Shown here: positions 50,120 through 63,971 of the stretch, piece by piece | How the letters are laid out: each line of letters starts with the position of its first letter | Position numbering within the stretch: the first letter of the stretch is position 1 | Source: Octopus bimaculoides | Lineage: Eukaryota | Length of the DNA: 63,971 nucleotides | Assembly (NCBI RefSeq): GCF_001194135.2 | Contig: NC_068995.1 | Location: 4,071,056 to 4,135,026 of the forward strand | Reading direction: 5' to 3' | Program-made: the position numbers and the translations under genes | The notes under the pieces: model-generated | What the model was told of the DNA's origin: nothing | Seen by the model: only the letters and a program-made list of their open reading frames with translations | Databases searched by the model: none

Positions 50120-50400
50120 GTTACCCAAGTGGCAGAGAATGGTGTCAAACACGGCAATGGATTCAGATGACTATCCATGAAGGCCACGGCGAGAATTCAA
50201 CAAAGAACTGGTGCAATACCACAAAGCATTTGATTCCATTCCCTCAAATCCCTCGCCCTGGTTCGGTACAGTTTCTTTGAAAATCTGAAAGGTAAATTTA
50301 ACCTAAGAATTATAAAAGGCTTGTTCATAATTCTGTAGGCCAGAAAGCAATATGAATACACGAGCTTGTGAAGGCTGTTGTAGATATACAGGCGCTGTCT
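50120..50400 (+). mobile_element. Decayed reverse-transcriptase fragment, R4/Dong-like LINE
   Basis: QYHKAFDSIPS..PWFGTVSLKI*KVN resembles DYxKAFDS+PHxW of RT; multiple stops. Confidence 0.55.
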
Positions 50401-52590
50401 CCCATGCCTCGGGTGGGTTATCATTGAATTCAAAATGAAGGGTTTAGCTATGTGTCGGCAAGTTAAAATTAGAATTGCGTCTGTTGCAGGAAGTTGGTAC
50501 AAATGTGATGTTGTATATAGATGACTGGTTAGGAGTCGGGTGAGCTTCTGCATTTCGGAACCGATATACAGTTTCATTAATTCACCAAATATTACATTTT
50601 AAGTTCTGTGTACACTAATGGCGATAAATTATGTACTCCTTAAATGAGCGCAAAATAAATTGAACATTCCACAGATAGATATAATCTCAACGTAATTCTC
50701 GTACAAATTAATCGTGTGAGGAATTGCAACAGAGCTGAATTTTTGAATCCTTGAGTCATCCATCGACCTGAGTCTTGAGACTCTTTTAAACAGTTAACTA
50801 CAATACCGCTCAGTTAGACTGCAACTAGAATCTCATGTTCCCCAACAGCTATTTTAGCCTTGTTGCTGTGCACACAATGTGTTTAGGTATGTGGATTCTA
50901 CGTAATATATATATAATATTGATTATAGATTATATGTTATATAGAGATATGTAGATTATATATGGATTAGCAAAATTTTTAATGAATCAGATAAGATAAA
51001 TTAGCTAACTGTTCCGACTCTGTGCTTTCTAACTTCGAATTCTCACTCACCACCGAAAAGCAATTACATTGCCATAGGTTGCGATCCATAGACAATATCA
51101 GTAATTTGGACAACCAGTAAGAACATCACATTTAGTTTAATTGGAAGATTGACTGCCAGCAAAATACCAGACACACACACACACACACACACGTCCATAA
51201 ATGTATCAATATTTTGCGTGCCTCTATGTGTGTGTGTGAATGCATGTGTGCATGTATATACAGTGATCCGTTGATGAGGATTTTCCAGGTTTCTGCATCT
51301 GTAATCGCAAGCCTGACGAAGGATTTTGTAGAAGACAGCTGATAGTTTTCTATACATACAGAGATACCTTCTCAATGCCTTCTGTGCTGCCTATGAGAAA
51401 AGGCCACTATCTTAGGGCAAATATTTCTTGGCACCAGTCTCGTCTCATACGTTATCAAACCACAGAGAGGAAACAGAAATAACACAAGCCTTCGAACCCA
51501 ATATACAACTGCACCCAAGCCTTAGTTTTTTTTCCTCGACGCAAACATTTGAACGAAACTAAGACCTCAAATACTTCATCCGAAGGCACTGTCCTGTACG
51601 ATCGAATCCTGAAGAAATATAGTTGAGAAACTCCCAGTTATGTCTAAAGTAGAAAAACCCCTAAATTAGAATGTAAACAAAGAAATAAAACAACAATAGA
51701 AAATAAAAATACAAAGAATTATACAAATCGAAGCAGAAAGATGAAATATACGATTTTATATCCCAGAGTACATATTTTAATGTTTTGAAGAATCAGAAAC
51801 ATCCAGCCAATAAACAAATTGTTCAATTTTTTTTGTCGTTTCGGTTCGATTTCACATCGTTTCCTCTTTTTTTATTGTTTTTTTCTTTAAATATAAGTTT
51901 AAATATTCCTGTCCTTTTCTTTATATATAGATACATTTATATTTCTTTTCTTTTGTTTTTCCTGTAAAGTTTGGGTTAATTTACTTCGTGATGTTGGAAT
52001 TCCTATTCATATTCAAGGTATTTTAATGTTTTGGGGAGTTGAGTGGGGTGACGGGCTGGGGGTTGGCTTATGAGAAAAAGATTAAAACAAAATAGTGATG
52101 ATGATAATAACAATAACAACAACAATAATAATAATAATAATATTGATAATAATAATATATGTAATATTGATGAAGTCAGCTAGTATTTATATTCTATTTA
52201 TTAATATTATTGTTATTATTATTCTTGCTATTGCTGTTTTGTTTTTGTATTTTTGTCTGTAAACTCTGTCTAAGACTCAGAGTTCATTAAGCATTAAAAG
52301 AATTAATTAAATTAATTTCTTTAGTGAACTCTATTTGCTGTTGTTAACGAGTCAATGTATATGCGTTTCTATGTACGTATATATTTACATATATATGCGT
52401 GTGTGCGTGTGTGTCTATATATGTATGAATGTAATATATATATATATATATGTGTGTGTTTATGTATGTGCACGTATATATGTATGTATACCTACGTATC
52501 AGTGTGCTATATACATGTGTAAATACATATATATATATATGTAAACTTGTATTAAATATATATATATATTATATTATATATTATATATTA

Positions 52591-52629
<39 letters not shown>

Positions 52630-53551
52630 ATGGGTTTTCAGACAGAGAGACCAGGAGAGAGAAGGAAAGAGAAGAGAAGGAGTTGAAATTAAAAAACACG
52701 TCTGTGTTATAAACAAAGTATAAATCTTTTCTTCCTTTTTCTTTTTGCTTTCGCGCAACACGTTTTATGTTTTGCGAATAAGATTTTATTCCCGTGTTTT
52801 TTTTAAATCTGTTTTCCTCTTTAAAATTCGTTTCCAGAAATTACCTCCCCTTCGTTCTTTGCAGTTTCTTCCCCTTTAAATGTCTCTGTTCTTTATATAT
52901 ATGTATATATATCATTGTATATGTTGTTGCAGTTGTTCGTGTCATTGCTGCATTCTAGTCTCAGTATCTAAGTTAATTAGAATAAACGTCTGATTGATAG
53001 ATCGATAGGTAAATGGATAGTTCTCTAAAATGAACAGTAAACGGTGTAGGTTAAATTTTCCACGATTCTCTTCGTAGAAAATGTAGTTAAAATGGTTGAA
53101 GATCATCACGAAGAAATGAATTCAGTGCTTGGATGTTCCTCTTCGACACAAATAATGTCTCTTGCTTGCTTTCTTCTGTGTGTGTATGTGTGTTATTTTA
53201 ACCTAAAATTGAAAATGAATCAGAAAATTATAATACATCTTATTTGAACTGATGTTATTCTATTTAATTTAAAACATACATAATTACATATATATAAATA
53301 TGTATAATATATATATACATATACACACACTCTTATTTGATTATGTATATATATTTATGTGTTTATCAATAATGGAGATTTCTGATATCCTTTCAATGTA
53401 ACAATTTTGCATATAAAAGTTACACGTCTCTGATCTTTGTACAATAAATCTTGATTATATAATTTGCATTATGCAACTATTAATCATCCTGTGTTAATGA
53501 AACGTACGTAAGAGAGGGTGACTGAATATCTTACGAGCAATTTCTCATGTT

Positions 53552-53590
<39 letters not shown>

Positions 53591-54169
53591 ATGCGTGAGT
53601 GTGCATGTGCGTGTGTGTGTGTATCTCTCTGAGTGTGCGTGTGTCTGTTTGTATGCTTTTAATTACAAGTAAGACGGTCCTACACACAGTTTCTGTCAAT
53701 CAATTATACTCCCAACGCAGTGTTTAGCTCGGGGCTTTAGTAGTAGACATCTGCCCTCTATTCTCACCGCGGGACTGAATCTGAAATCATATGGTTGCAA
53801 CGCAAGCTTCTTAATCCAGGCGTCATACCTTTGTCTATTGATGATATTGTATTTGTCTGATGTTGTTTAATGGTTAACTTGATTTCTCTACTCGATGGAT
53901 CACGATCGATCCTCTACATCCGTGTTCCACAAGCTGTTCTGCACTACAGACAAGTCTCATGCAAATCACCTGCTTGAGAAAACGTAATAAAGTGCATAAT
54001 ATATAATGTATTTATTGCGTATATAATGTTTATATATTAGTATATGTAACGCACATATAGTGCAAACATTTTCCTGCAAACTTCGATAGGTAATACAATA
54101 GAAATAATATTGAAATATTTACTCCGTCTGTGCGGCCCGGTAGCAAATGATACACGGCTCGCTACATAT

Positions 54170-54480
54170 CACCAGCGTGGTAGTTGGAGATCTTACTCTA
54201 TATATGTTCAATTGAAATGCTAAACCTAGCAGTGGTTTAGCCCCGTTCAGGAATCGAAACCACAATATTACGATCATGAATCCAAACCTTAACTACTAAG
54301 CCACACTCCTCCACACAAAGACACACAGACAGATATATACTTTTATATGCTGCAGGTTTCTTCCAGTTTCCGTATACTAAGTCCTCTCACAATGTTTTAG
54401 TTGATCTGGAGCTTTAGAGGAAAACACTTGCCCAAAGTACTCCACAGTGGGACTTAAGCCAGATCGACGTGGTTGGGAGG
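54170..54480 (-). mobile_element. Degenerate SINE-C head (54170-54310) and SINE-B head (54345-54480)
   Basis: ggaatcgaaaccac...cttaactactaagccac; acacttgcccaaag...cacagtgggact. Confidence 0.55.
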
Positions 54481-56377
54481 TTAGATCGCATATTGGTAGA
54501 GGTCTATCAGATTTGTGTCGATCCAGAACCGAAAAACCAGAGAAAAATTACAAACTGCTTTTCATTTTATTTGATAGAGACAAGTTTCTATTACATCATG
54601 GAGGTTATTTGTAGCATGTTGGACAGAAATATTTCAGGCCTCATTACGGTGGTCGAATGCGGAGTGTCGTATCACTGGCCTGTGACAAGACCTCACCAAA
54701 CTGTTAGCTGATAAGAAAACCCGCGCCATATTTGGTTCTTTTTCATGTGTTACTTTTCGATTTAATCATAATTAGTTTGAACAAGAGAAGAGATTATTGG
54801 AAATGTGAAAGGAAAGATAATTTATGAAGGGTTTCATTAACGCAGAGAAAATTAAATAGATAATAAGTTAATAGAGGTTAAAGAAAGATAAATCAATTAA
54901 TTAAAATAACATATTTATATTTCAATTTTTTGATTTCTCCATGTAATTACAATAAACAATCAATATATAAAATATCAAATAAGGCAATACTGTTTATATT
55001 AATAGTAATGATAATAGTAATAATAAAGTTAAATAAAATGTCAAAGGAAAAATTCAAGAAAAGGTACTTACAAATTGCTTTCTATAAAGTTTATTTTATA
55101 ATTAATCACATTTACCATAGTATGAAAATATTATCAAAATTAATTTACAAATTAAGTGTTAAAATATGATTACGAATTAATTAAAAAGGATTTGGATTAA
55201 TTTATTAAAGTTCTCAAGAAAATAAAAGAAAACAAGATTCTTTAAAATATAAAAACTTCCATCTGTAAAAAATAAAAAGAGAAAAGGCAATTATGTAAAC
55301 ACAAATCAACATTCATTGTAATTGTGTGAAAAGTAATGATAAATAAATGTAATTAACGATAGCAATGGTGATGATGATGGTGATGACGATGATGATGATG
55401 ACGATGATAAAGGGGATGGTGATGATGATGATTATGGTGGTATTGATGACGACGATGATGATGTCGATGGTGATGATGACGACGACTAAGGTGATGATAT
55501 ATGACAATTTGGGAGATTAAAAACATGGCGTACATTGTGATGTTGGTTATGATGATGAGAACGAGGATGATGAAAATGATGATAAGAATAGGTATGACTG
55601 ACATTGATAATGATGATCATGATGACGATGGTGACGAAGAAGGAGATGAGGATGACGGTAACAGTGATGATGGCGATAATGATGCTAATTATTATTACGA
55701 TGTAAAATAAACGAAATTGAAATTTTCTACAAGAAAAGTTATCTAACTCGAAAATGAGAAGAAAGCGAAAATGCGTTCAGAGACACATGCGCACATACAC
55801 GCACGCATAGATACAAACTCACACACGCACACAAACACACACATACATGGAGAGACACACACATACGTGCACACACATATATATATCCCGAAATATATAT
55901 ACATGTATACATATATGAACATATGTATTTATACATATACATGCATATATATACTTATATATATACATATATATATCAAATACTCGGCCCTTATCCATCC
56001 ATATATGAATATAAGATATACTTGCATATGTATTCATATATGGGAGGATATATGTGTGTGTTGGTGGGGGAAGAAAATCAAGATGGATGAAAATTGAGCT
56101 CAGACTGGTGAACATAAAAAATCCATGATTGGAGATGGCAACAAGCGGCAAGAACACGAACGATATTTGAAATTTATGAAACCGTAGAAATATTGACTGA
56201 AAATGATTGCGATAATGTTATATACATGTATGCATACACACACGTACACACAGACACGGACACACACATATTATATATANNNNNNNNNNNNNNNNNNNNN
56301 NNNNNNNNNNNNNNNNNNNNNNNNNNNNNNNNNNNNNNNNNNNNNNNNNNNNNNNNNNNNNNNNNNNNNNNNNNNNN

Positions 56378-56413
<36 letters not shown>

Positions 56414-56419
<6 letters not shown>

Positions 56420-56712
56420 TGTATTAAGGATCGTGAGTAAGAACAGAACAATGCGAAGTAAATGCAAGGCAAATCACAAGAAAATAGATATATGAGTTAA
56501 TGTAGACTTACCTTGCATTCGATATTTCAGGGTTACGACCCCATCCTCGAGAAATTAACGAATGCTGCAACATTCGTTAAAATGGTGTCATAACCCCGAA
56601 ATATTGAATGCAAGTCAAGTCTACATTAATTCGTATATTTATTTTCTTGTAATTTGCCTCGCATTTACTTCGCATTGTTCTGTTCTTACTCACGATCCTT
56701 AATACAATATAT
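56414..56712. mobile_element. Fold-back element (MITE-like): ~128-bp inverted arms with an inner 10-bp hairpin
   Basis: 56416-56544 pairs with 56582-56710; the outer ~50 bp are identical and the inner parts differ mostly by transitions; spacer holds ttaacgaatg-ctgcaa-cattcgttaa; TA-rich flanks. Confidence 0.85.
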
Positions 56713-57269
56713 TCTACACAATGCTTCATACGTATGCAAGTATGTATGCAAGTATGTCTATATAGCAAAATCGATGAAAAAAGAGCACAGTGGACTTGCC
56801 ATGAAGAGTTGAATGAGCAACATTTTGGACATATTCCTTCTTCAAGGAAATGTTGGGTTAAGAAATTAATGAAAGGTTGCTGAGTTTTACATCGTCTGTG
56901 TTTGATTCCCGGTTCCAAAGCTGGCAGGCACTATTTTAAAATCAGGAAGACCAGTTAAACTGCTGACCAATATAGGCCGTGGTAGTGTTTGAACTCAGAA
57001 CGCAAGACACCCACTTTTTCCTGTTTACCGCATTAAATCAGTAATTTTATATCGATTTCGAAAGGATGAAAGACAAACTTACCTGGCATTCTCTTTCTGT
57101 ATCTATCTGTCTTTCTGTCTCTCTGTCTCTCTCTCTCCTTACCTCTCTCTCTGCATATTTTTCTTTCTCTCTCCTCATCTCAGTCTCTTTCTTCCTCTCA
57201 CCTCCTCTGCCTTTCTCTTTTTATGAATCTTTTTCTCTTTTTCTTTCTCCGCTGTGTCTCATTTTCTTC

Positions 57270-57412
57270 TACTCTAGGCACAAGGCCCGAAATTTTGGGG
57301 GAGGGGACCAGTCGATTAGATCGACCCAGTACGCAACTGGTATTTAATTTATCGACGCCAAAGGATGAAAGGCAAAGTCGACCTCGGTGGAATTTGAACT
57401 CAGAACGTAACG
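57270..57412 (-). mobile_element. SINE family A
   Basis: ggcacaaggcccgaaattttggggg...aggatgaaaggcaaagtcgacctcggtggaatttgaactcagaacgt. Confidence 0.9.
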
Positions 57413-57475
57413 CCCTCTCTGTCTTATTCTACTAGTGTGTGATTTACATTACCTATCGTGAGATATTTTTAGATA

Positions 57476-57612
57476 GTGAAGACGCGTGGCTGAGTGGTTA
57501 GGGTATCCGGTTCACGATCGAAATGTCGCGATTTCGATTCCCAGCGGCGCGTTGTGTCTTTGAGCAAGACACTTTATTTCGCGTTGCTCCGGTCCACTCA
57601 GCTGGTAAAAGT
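57476..57612 (+). mobile_element. SINE-C-like 5' part
   Basis: A box gtggctgagtggttag, B box atttcgattccc, then ttgagcaagacactttatttc as in the 25618 copy. Confidence 0.75.
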
Positions 57613-58400
57613 TTATTCTTACATAAGAGTAAACTGTGGTAATTCGAGGTGAAACTGGTTGTTATTTCTAGCGGGTCGAGGGTTCTTCTCAAGAGACAGG
57701 TGATGTTTGGTACTGGTAGTGGCGGCCAATGGTGGAATACATGAAGTAATTTGTTAATTAAATTGAATATTGAACGTTTCAGCACGACAGGGGTCAGCGT
57801 GTCAATTAAGAGTTAAAATGTTTGGCAAATTTAGCTTTGAAAAGGTCGAGGAAATATAACTGTTGTGTCAATTTGAACTGAAGAGGGAGGGTGTTGAGGC
57901 ATCAGGTAGGATGAGAGAGCGGGGTGTTGTGTGAGTTCGTGTTTGTAAACGTGTGTGGACATGTGTGTGTGTATTTGGGAGAGCGGTGTTGGGCAGTTTG
58001 AAGAATGTTAATAGAATGTAAGAGGTGGTGTTTGTGTTGGCGGTGGTGGTGGTGGTGGAAGTAGAACTAATAAAGACGGTAATAGTGGCAGAAAAATCGA
58101 ACCTCTGATTAGTAAGTGATGTTTCCAATCAACAAGTGTCAAAATTATTGATATAGCTGAAACCACATACATACACACGTATATTTATGCATACGTATGC
58201 AAATCGATTCCTCCGAGGGACGGATATTCGGTTCCTGATTGGATTCCAAAGTGAAGGGAAGCCAAGTTAGATCAATGCCTCTTTCTCTGTCCAATGGTTA
58301 AGTCTAGACAAAGAATTGTTCACAATTCTGCTGTGTCTGTGATTCAGAGTAGTGTACACCCTGGAGCGTTTGTTAAGTATATCTAATCTACGTATATGCA

Positions 58401-58442
<42 letters not shown>

Positions 58443-58959
58443 GAGTGTATGCATGCCCACCAATACGCGCACTCACATGTACGTACTACGTACGTATGTA
58501 TGTATGTATTTATGTATATAGAGAAAGCGCGAGATTGAGACAGACAGACAGAGTGAGAGCATTACATTATATTACAGCTTCTAAAATATGTGTGGTGTCT
58601 CTAGCGTTATTTCCTCCAGGTCTAAGTTATTCCAAATATGAACATCATGCCTTATCAGAAGACATAGAATACCTCGGAGTATCCTAATATGCTTTTAATT
58701 TTAAATACAAATTTGTGAGTAACTGCGACATGCTTGGCTACTTTTTCTGACAAATTCCTTAACGACATAGATACTTCCGATTTTGTTGTATACACATACT
58801 TGCATGAGAGTGTTGGTTTGGTGTCCAGAGAGAGGCGAGAAGGTTCCATTCCGGTGCGTGATGTTTATTAACCACGAAAATGGTAAAATATCAAGATCCA
58901 TCAGCCCTGTATTCGGTCCGAGGTGAGCTGTCTCGACGGTCTATGATTTTCCGGTGCTT

Positions 58960-59279
58960 TAACACCAAGCATTGACCCCAGTACCTAGTTTTGCCAGCCT
59001 GGTAATTATTCTATCGCTCTCTTTTACCGAAATGCTATGTTACAGGCACATAATAACACCAGCACCGATGTGAAGCGGTTATGGTGGGGAGGACAAATAC
59101 AGACACAAGGACAAACACACACATGTATATAAAGACCAGCATCTGGGCTTCTTTCAGGTTCCTTCTACCAAATCACTTCGCAAGTCTTTGGTCGCCCCGA
59201 GGTTATAGTAGTATCCACTTGCCTAAGTTGCCATGCAGTGAGACTGAACCTGGAACCATATGGTTTGGAAGCAAACATG

Positions 59280-59280
<1 letters not shown>
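58960..59280 (-). mobile_element. SINE family B, near full length
   Basis: ttctatcgctctcttttaccgaa...acaaatacagacac...gggcttctttcag...gcagtgagactgaacctggaaccat. Confidence 0.8.
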
Positions 59281-59318
<38 letters not shown>

Positions 59319-59861
59319 NNNNNNNNNNNNNNNNNNNNNNNNNNNNNNNNNNNNNNNNNNNNNNNNNNNNNNNNNNNNNNNNNNNNNNNNNNNNNNNNNN
59401 NNNNNNNNNNNNNNNNNNNNNNNNNNNNNNNNNNNNNNNNNNNNNNNNNNNNNNNNNNNNNNNNNNNNNNNNNNNNNNNNNNNNNNNNNNNNNNNNNNNN
59501 NNNNNNNNNNNNNNNNNNNNNNNNNNNNNNNNNNNNNNNNNNNNNNNNNNNNNNNNNNNNNNNNNNNNNNNNNNNNNNNNNNNNNNNNNNNNNNNNNNNN
59601 NNNNNNNNNNNNNNNNNNNNNNNNNNNNNNNNNNNNNNNNNNNNNNNNNNNNNNNNNNNNNNNNNNNNNNNNNNNNNNNNNNNNNNNNNNNNNNNNNNNN
59701 NNNNNNNNNNNNNNNNNNNNNNNNNNNNNNNNNNNNNNNNNNNNNNNNNNNNNNNNNNNNNNNNNNNNNNNNNNNNNNNNNNNNNNNNNNNNNNNNNNNN
59801 NNNNNNNNNNNNNNNNNNNNNNNNNNNNNNNNNNNNNNNNNNNNNNNNNNNNNNNNNNNNN

Positions 59862-59908
<47 letters not shown>

Positions 59909-61464
59909 CATACATTGACGTAAATACTCTTATATGCTGTTTGTTAAATAGTAAATGAAACGAAGACCAAACTCACTCACCGATATGGCGGCCAACCAAG
60001 GACTCAATTGCTCATCTTGTTGTTTTTCCTCTTCCGGTCGACAACCCTAGTGGGGAGCAGCAAAAGCCCTAATTATTTTTTCACGACATCCTAAAAAACG
60101 GGATGTTGTGAAACTTACCGTTTTAGGGGTTGAATATAAATTCTTGTTATTTTGAACCGTGAAACATGAATAAGGAAAATGGCGGTGCCAAGTGTGCAGA
60201 TCTAACTAATACTATATCAAACAAGGTGAAGAATAGTGCCAAGAGAAAGAAAAAAAAGGACAAGAGCAGTGTGATTGGTGTACAGTGAATAGAAAACTCT
60301 AAGACTATTTGAAGACAAAGAATGGAAGACAAAGTGCATAGTGAAGTGTGACGATAAAGGAAGTAGGTGGTGCATGGTGGCAGAACGTATGGGTGATTAA
60401 AGAAGAAGGTTGTGCATATTCGCCGTAAAATGAGAAGATGGCAAAAAAAAATGATGTGCATGGCGGTAGAACGAGATGAAGACAAACATGATAAATAAAA
60501 GGAACATGAAGGCACCACGTCCCCAGGGTTTACTTCGTGGTGAATGATTATAGTTTAGTAACACAGGCTGCATTGCTTGTTATGGTGGTGGCGGCGATGG
60601 TGATGGTGGTGGTAGTGGAAGTGGTGCATATGTTTATGATGATGATGGTGATGATAGAGATGATTCTGACAGCGATGATCAGAAAGATTAGAAAGGGTGG
60701 TGGTGGTGGTGGTGGTGGTGATTGCGGGTTTGTTCGGTGATGTCGGAAGCAGCGAGTGAAGGTGGATATGGATGCTGTGATAATGATATCGACGATGACG
60801 ACGATGATGATGACGACGACGACGACGTTGATGTTGATGATGACTACGATGCTGCTGATGAAGATGATGCTGGTGGTGGACATCAATGAAGAGAATGGTG
60901 AAGGCAATGATGGAATGACAACGGTCGGTGATGACGATGGTTTGGTGGCAGCGATGATGTGAGGTGAGAGTCTTAAGAGTGACGTTAGCGGTGCTCGGGA
61001 TGACAGCGATGGAGGCGGGCGACATGACAGTGAAAGACAAACGAATGCAACGAAGGTATTGGTGCAGATAAACGGTGGTGACGGTGGTGGTGACGGTGGT
61101 GGTGCTGGTAGTACTGGTTAGGGTTAGGGTTAGTTGTGTGGTGCTGGTGGCGTCGGTGCTAGTAATAATGGTGCTGCTACAAATGGTGATGGTGCGAGAG
61201 TTATAAAATAGTGTGGGCGACAGTGATGCGATTGCTACTTGCTAGCCTATATGGTTGGCTGGTTGGTTGGTTGATTAGATGGTAGGTGAATGGGTTCAGG
61301 TTTGGTTGAGTGAGGGTGATCTACAGCTACAAGTGTGAGTGTGAGTGTGGGATGGACCATCATGCAGTGCAAGTGAATGTTTAATCTAAGATAACGGGTG
61401 CAGCAGTTTTTAAACATCCTCTCACGTGACACATTCTTGCAATAGTTTCCCTACCACGCAATGT

Positions 61465-61481
61465 TACTACTACTACTACTT

Positions 61482-61548
<67 letters not shown>
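61465..61548. repeat. (CTA)n microsatellite
   Basis: Directly visible. Confidence 0.95.
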
Positions 61549-61550
<2 letters not shown>

Positions 61551-61790
61551 AAAGTAATAATCTTCTGAGACTCATTGCAGTGTAACTGACTGTAGCAGAG
61601 TATATAACTGAGTATGACTTATTATTGCCAAGTATAGCCGAGTATAGCAGCGTGATGTGCAGTTTTCTTATTTTTATTAATTAATGTCAAATATATTAAG
61701 TTTAAGTATTCAACTATGGTTAAAATGTAATTTTCTTTGACATCTCAAATGATCTTCATAACAAGACATATGCACGCTTTACCTCCAGCC

Positions 61791-61792
<2 letters not shown>

Positions 61793-61889
<97 letters not shown>

Positions 61890-61893
61890 CATC

Positions 61894-61925
<32 letters not shown>
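61793..61925. repeat. (ATT)n then (TA)n microsatellite
   Basis: Directly visible. Confidence 0.95.
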
Positions 61926-61926
<1 letters not shown>

Positions 61927-62098
61927 CGCGTCTACGTTTAACCAAGTTTGATTCATTATCTTTCTTTTACTTGCCTACAATACGTGTTATTCTCGGTGAT
62001 TGTAAGGTAGTAAAAATACTTTAACGTCTATTTCTACCAGTGCGTGGTGATGCATTACGCTGACCCCTTGTTTTAATTATGTATATAATTATAAGATA

Positions 62099-62170
<72 letters not shown>

Positions 62171-62465
62171 ATATGAAATATGCTAATATTACAGTGAAAT
62201 GTTAGAATATGAAATAGATAGCTTTTGAGTCAGTATTATGTTAACTAATTCTGTATTTTATAAAAAGGAATAAAAATTTAATCGTAATTATTAACCCAAT
62301 AATAAAAGACCTGATGCATTCTGCGATTTAGACTTATTAATTAATTAAATTGTTTCTTTCGTTTGGAAAATAACTAACAATTTAAACAGTTATTAAAATT
62401 AATTTATAATTGTTTTCTTTTAAAAATCACTGTAAACAGTTAAATATTTACTTTTTCTTTTGCAG

Positions 62466-62538
62466 TGCATCTAAAGTGTCGGAAGCAGAAGAAACCTTTC
62501 TCTTTAAGAGATGTTTTTAACAGCTGATTCGTGCCATG
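62466..62538 (+). other. 5'UTR exon ending in a candidate start codon (GCCATG|GTGAGT)
   Basis: Strong acceptor tttactttttcttttgcag| and consensus donor; all three frames are stopped within the exon; ATG at 62536-62538 in a GCC context. Confidence 0.6.
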
Positions 62539-63272
62539 GTGAGTATTCGTGCTACTTGTGTCTACAGATTACTACAGACTTTCATGCTAATTTTGTGCAT
62601 TTGACTTGTCATGCGCCTGGTGAATTGAATTTCATGCCAACCTAACACAATTAGTGCAAGAAGATTGCGTTTAGCATATAGAATTTTTTTAAATGGTCCG
62701 GAATATATGATGCGAGGATCCTTTAAGAAATATTCTATTTGAAACAATTTTCCTTAGAGAATTAGCAAAGCAATTTAACTTTATGATGTCATTATTTAAT
62801 GTATTGATTAATTATTCAAAATAATTAACATAATCATTATTTCATTACATTAAATTTTCCTATGACATATTTTATAATTTTCTTCTAGAAACTTCGCTTC
62901 AAAAGAAATGATATGCTCAACGCCCTTTGGTGAAAATTGTGCTGAACTACGATATCGGCAAAGTGCTGATGCAAATATAATGGACCCATGTTGAGAAGAT
63001 AGGCACAAGGTTAGAAATACATAAGCTATTGTTGTCTTGATATATTTATTAGTTAGTAACAAATAAAGACGATCCTGTAGCTTTCTATTGACATCTGCTA
63101 AACTGTTATATAATCATTCAAAAATGTTTGAGTACCTTCAAGAAATATATATATAATTTGTATTACACTTTGCAATAAATGCACTGTATATGACTTATGT
63201 ATTTAATATGATGTATCATTATAAATTATGATATTATTACATTTTAAATTATAATACTACCATATTATCTAG

Positions 63273-63299
63273 CGTGTCCTTTTTTGTAAATACGAAATG
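63273..63299 (+). CDS. Candidate 27-nt exon RVLFCKYEM
   Basis: attatctag| acceptor (moderate), ATG|GTAAGC donor (strong); phase 0 to 0 fits after the 62538 ATG. Confidence 0.25.
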
Positions 63300-63971
63300 G
63301 TAAGCCCTATGAATGGAATGTGCAGCTACCATTTACTGCATATAATATATTTTTAATATATGAAATTCATATCTTATTGCGTATACTACATTTTCCCACA
63401 TGCTATCCAGAAATTATTAAGACACAGCATATTTTCATATTTGATATCTAGAATGTACTAAACGTAGTATATTTCTATACATAATAAATGGAATTTATTG
63501 CATGAAATATATTTTCATTTTGCATGTATGTAATTCATCTCTTCAGGGAATATGAAACATCCACTCGATAACATTTCGGAATTAAAAACGCAGTTGTACC
63601 CAACTCGATACCTGAAAACGCCATCTTGATTAAGTTTGCGCACCATGTTAATTTAAAGTTGTATTCTTAATTATATGTTTTATTACCGATCCAACGTATG
63701 CTAAAAGACACAAACAAGTACATATGCTAGCAGTGTATGTCTAATTTTTACGGTTAAACTTTTGCACTCCTGTATAAAAAAAGGTGTCGTTATAAGTAAT
63801 AATTATAATTTCAATTTGTAAGATAGCTCGTTGTTTTCATTCATATCAAAAGTTCTTCACATTTTTTCATTCAATGCCGGTTTCCTTAACATATAGAATG
63901 ATAAATGCCATCTTATATAAAATATACATACAGTTGGGATTATGTCCATACTAAATACGAAATAACTTTGC

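Noticed and set aside
8862-59958. Many long ORF-track entries containing X runs (for example 8862-9773, 40821-41824, 43061-44325, 59081-59958)
   Set aside because: They are open only because they span assembly N-gaps and flanking (TA)n or (CA)n repeats.
60537-61040. His-, Met- and Asp-rich ORFs (also 44335-44667, 55313-55710, 32434-33105)
   Set aside because: Translations of degenerate (GAT/GGT)n trinucleotide tracts; no coding signal.

Overview
AT-rich, microsatellite-dense, gapped eukaryotic scaffold. The tRNA-derived SINE families and simple repeats point to an octopus (coleoid cephalopod) genome; this is inferred from repeat content. Almost all ORF-track entries are artefacts of N-gaps or simple repeats. 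Reading splice signals by hand gives three genes or gene parts. (1) A minus-strand gene in which a 114-nt exon (5699-5586) and the start of a ~4.2-kb exon (4587-376) jointly encode a six-Cys Kazal domain, followed by a basic linker and a ~1,200-aa Thr/Ser/Pro mucin-like tract of 19/20-aa repeats. The apparent frameshift at the 10-N gap disappears when the duplicated 18-nt flanks are merged. (2) A plus-strand multi-exon gene at ~18.3-23.5 kb that the ORF track does not show as a gene; four exons are phase-consistent and the product is an unidentified, probably secreted or surface protein. (3) Probable 5' exons of another plus-strand gene: an Ets/Inr promoter-like cluster near 32.4 kb and an exon ending GCCATG|GTGAGT at 62.5 kb. 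The rest is at least three SINE families, R4/Dong-like and RTE-like LINE relics, two mariner-type MITE copies, a Helentron-type (HINE) element and several long hairpins or palindromes. No rRNA, functional tRNA or CRISPR array is supported.
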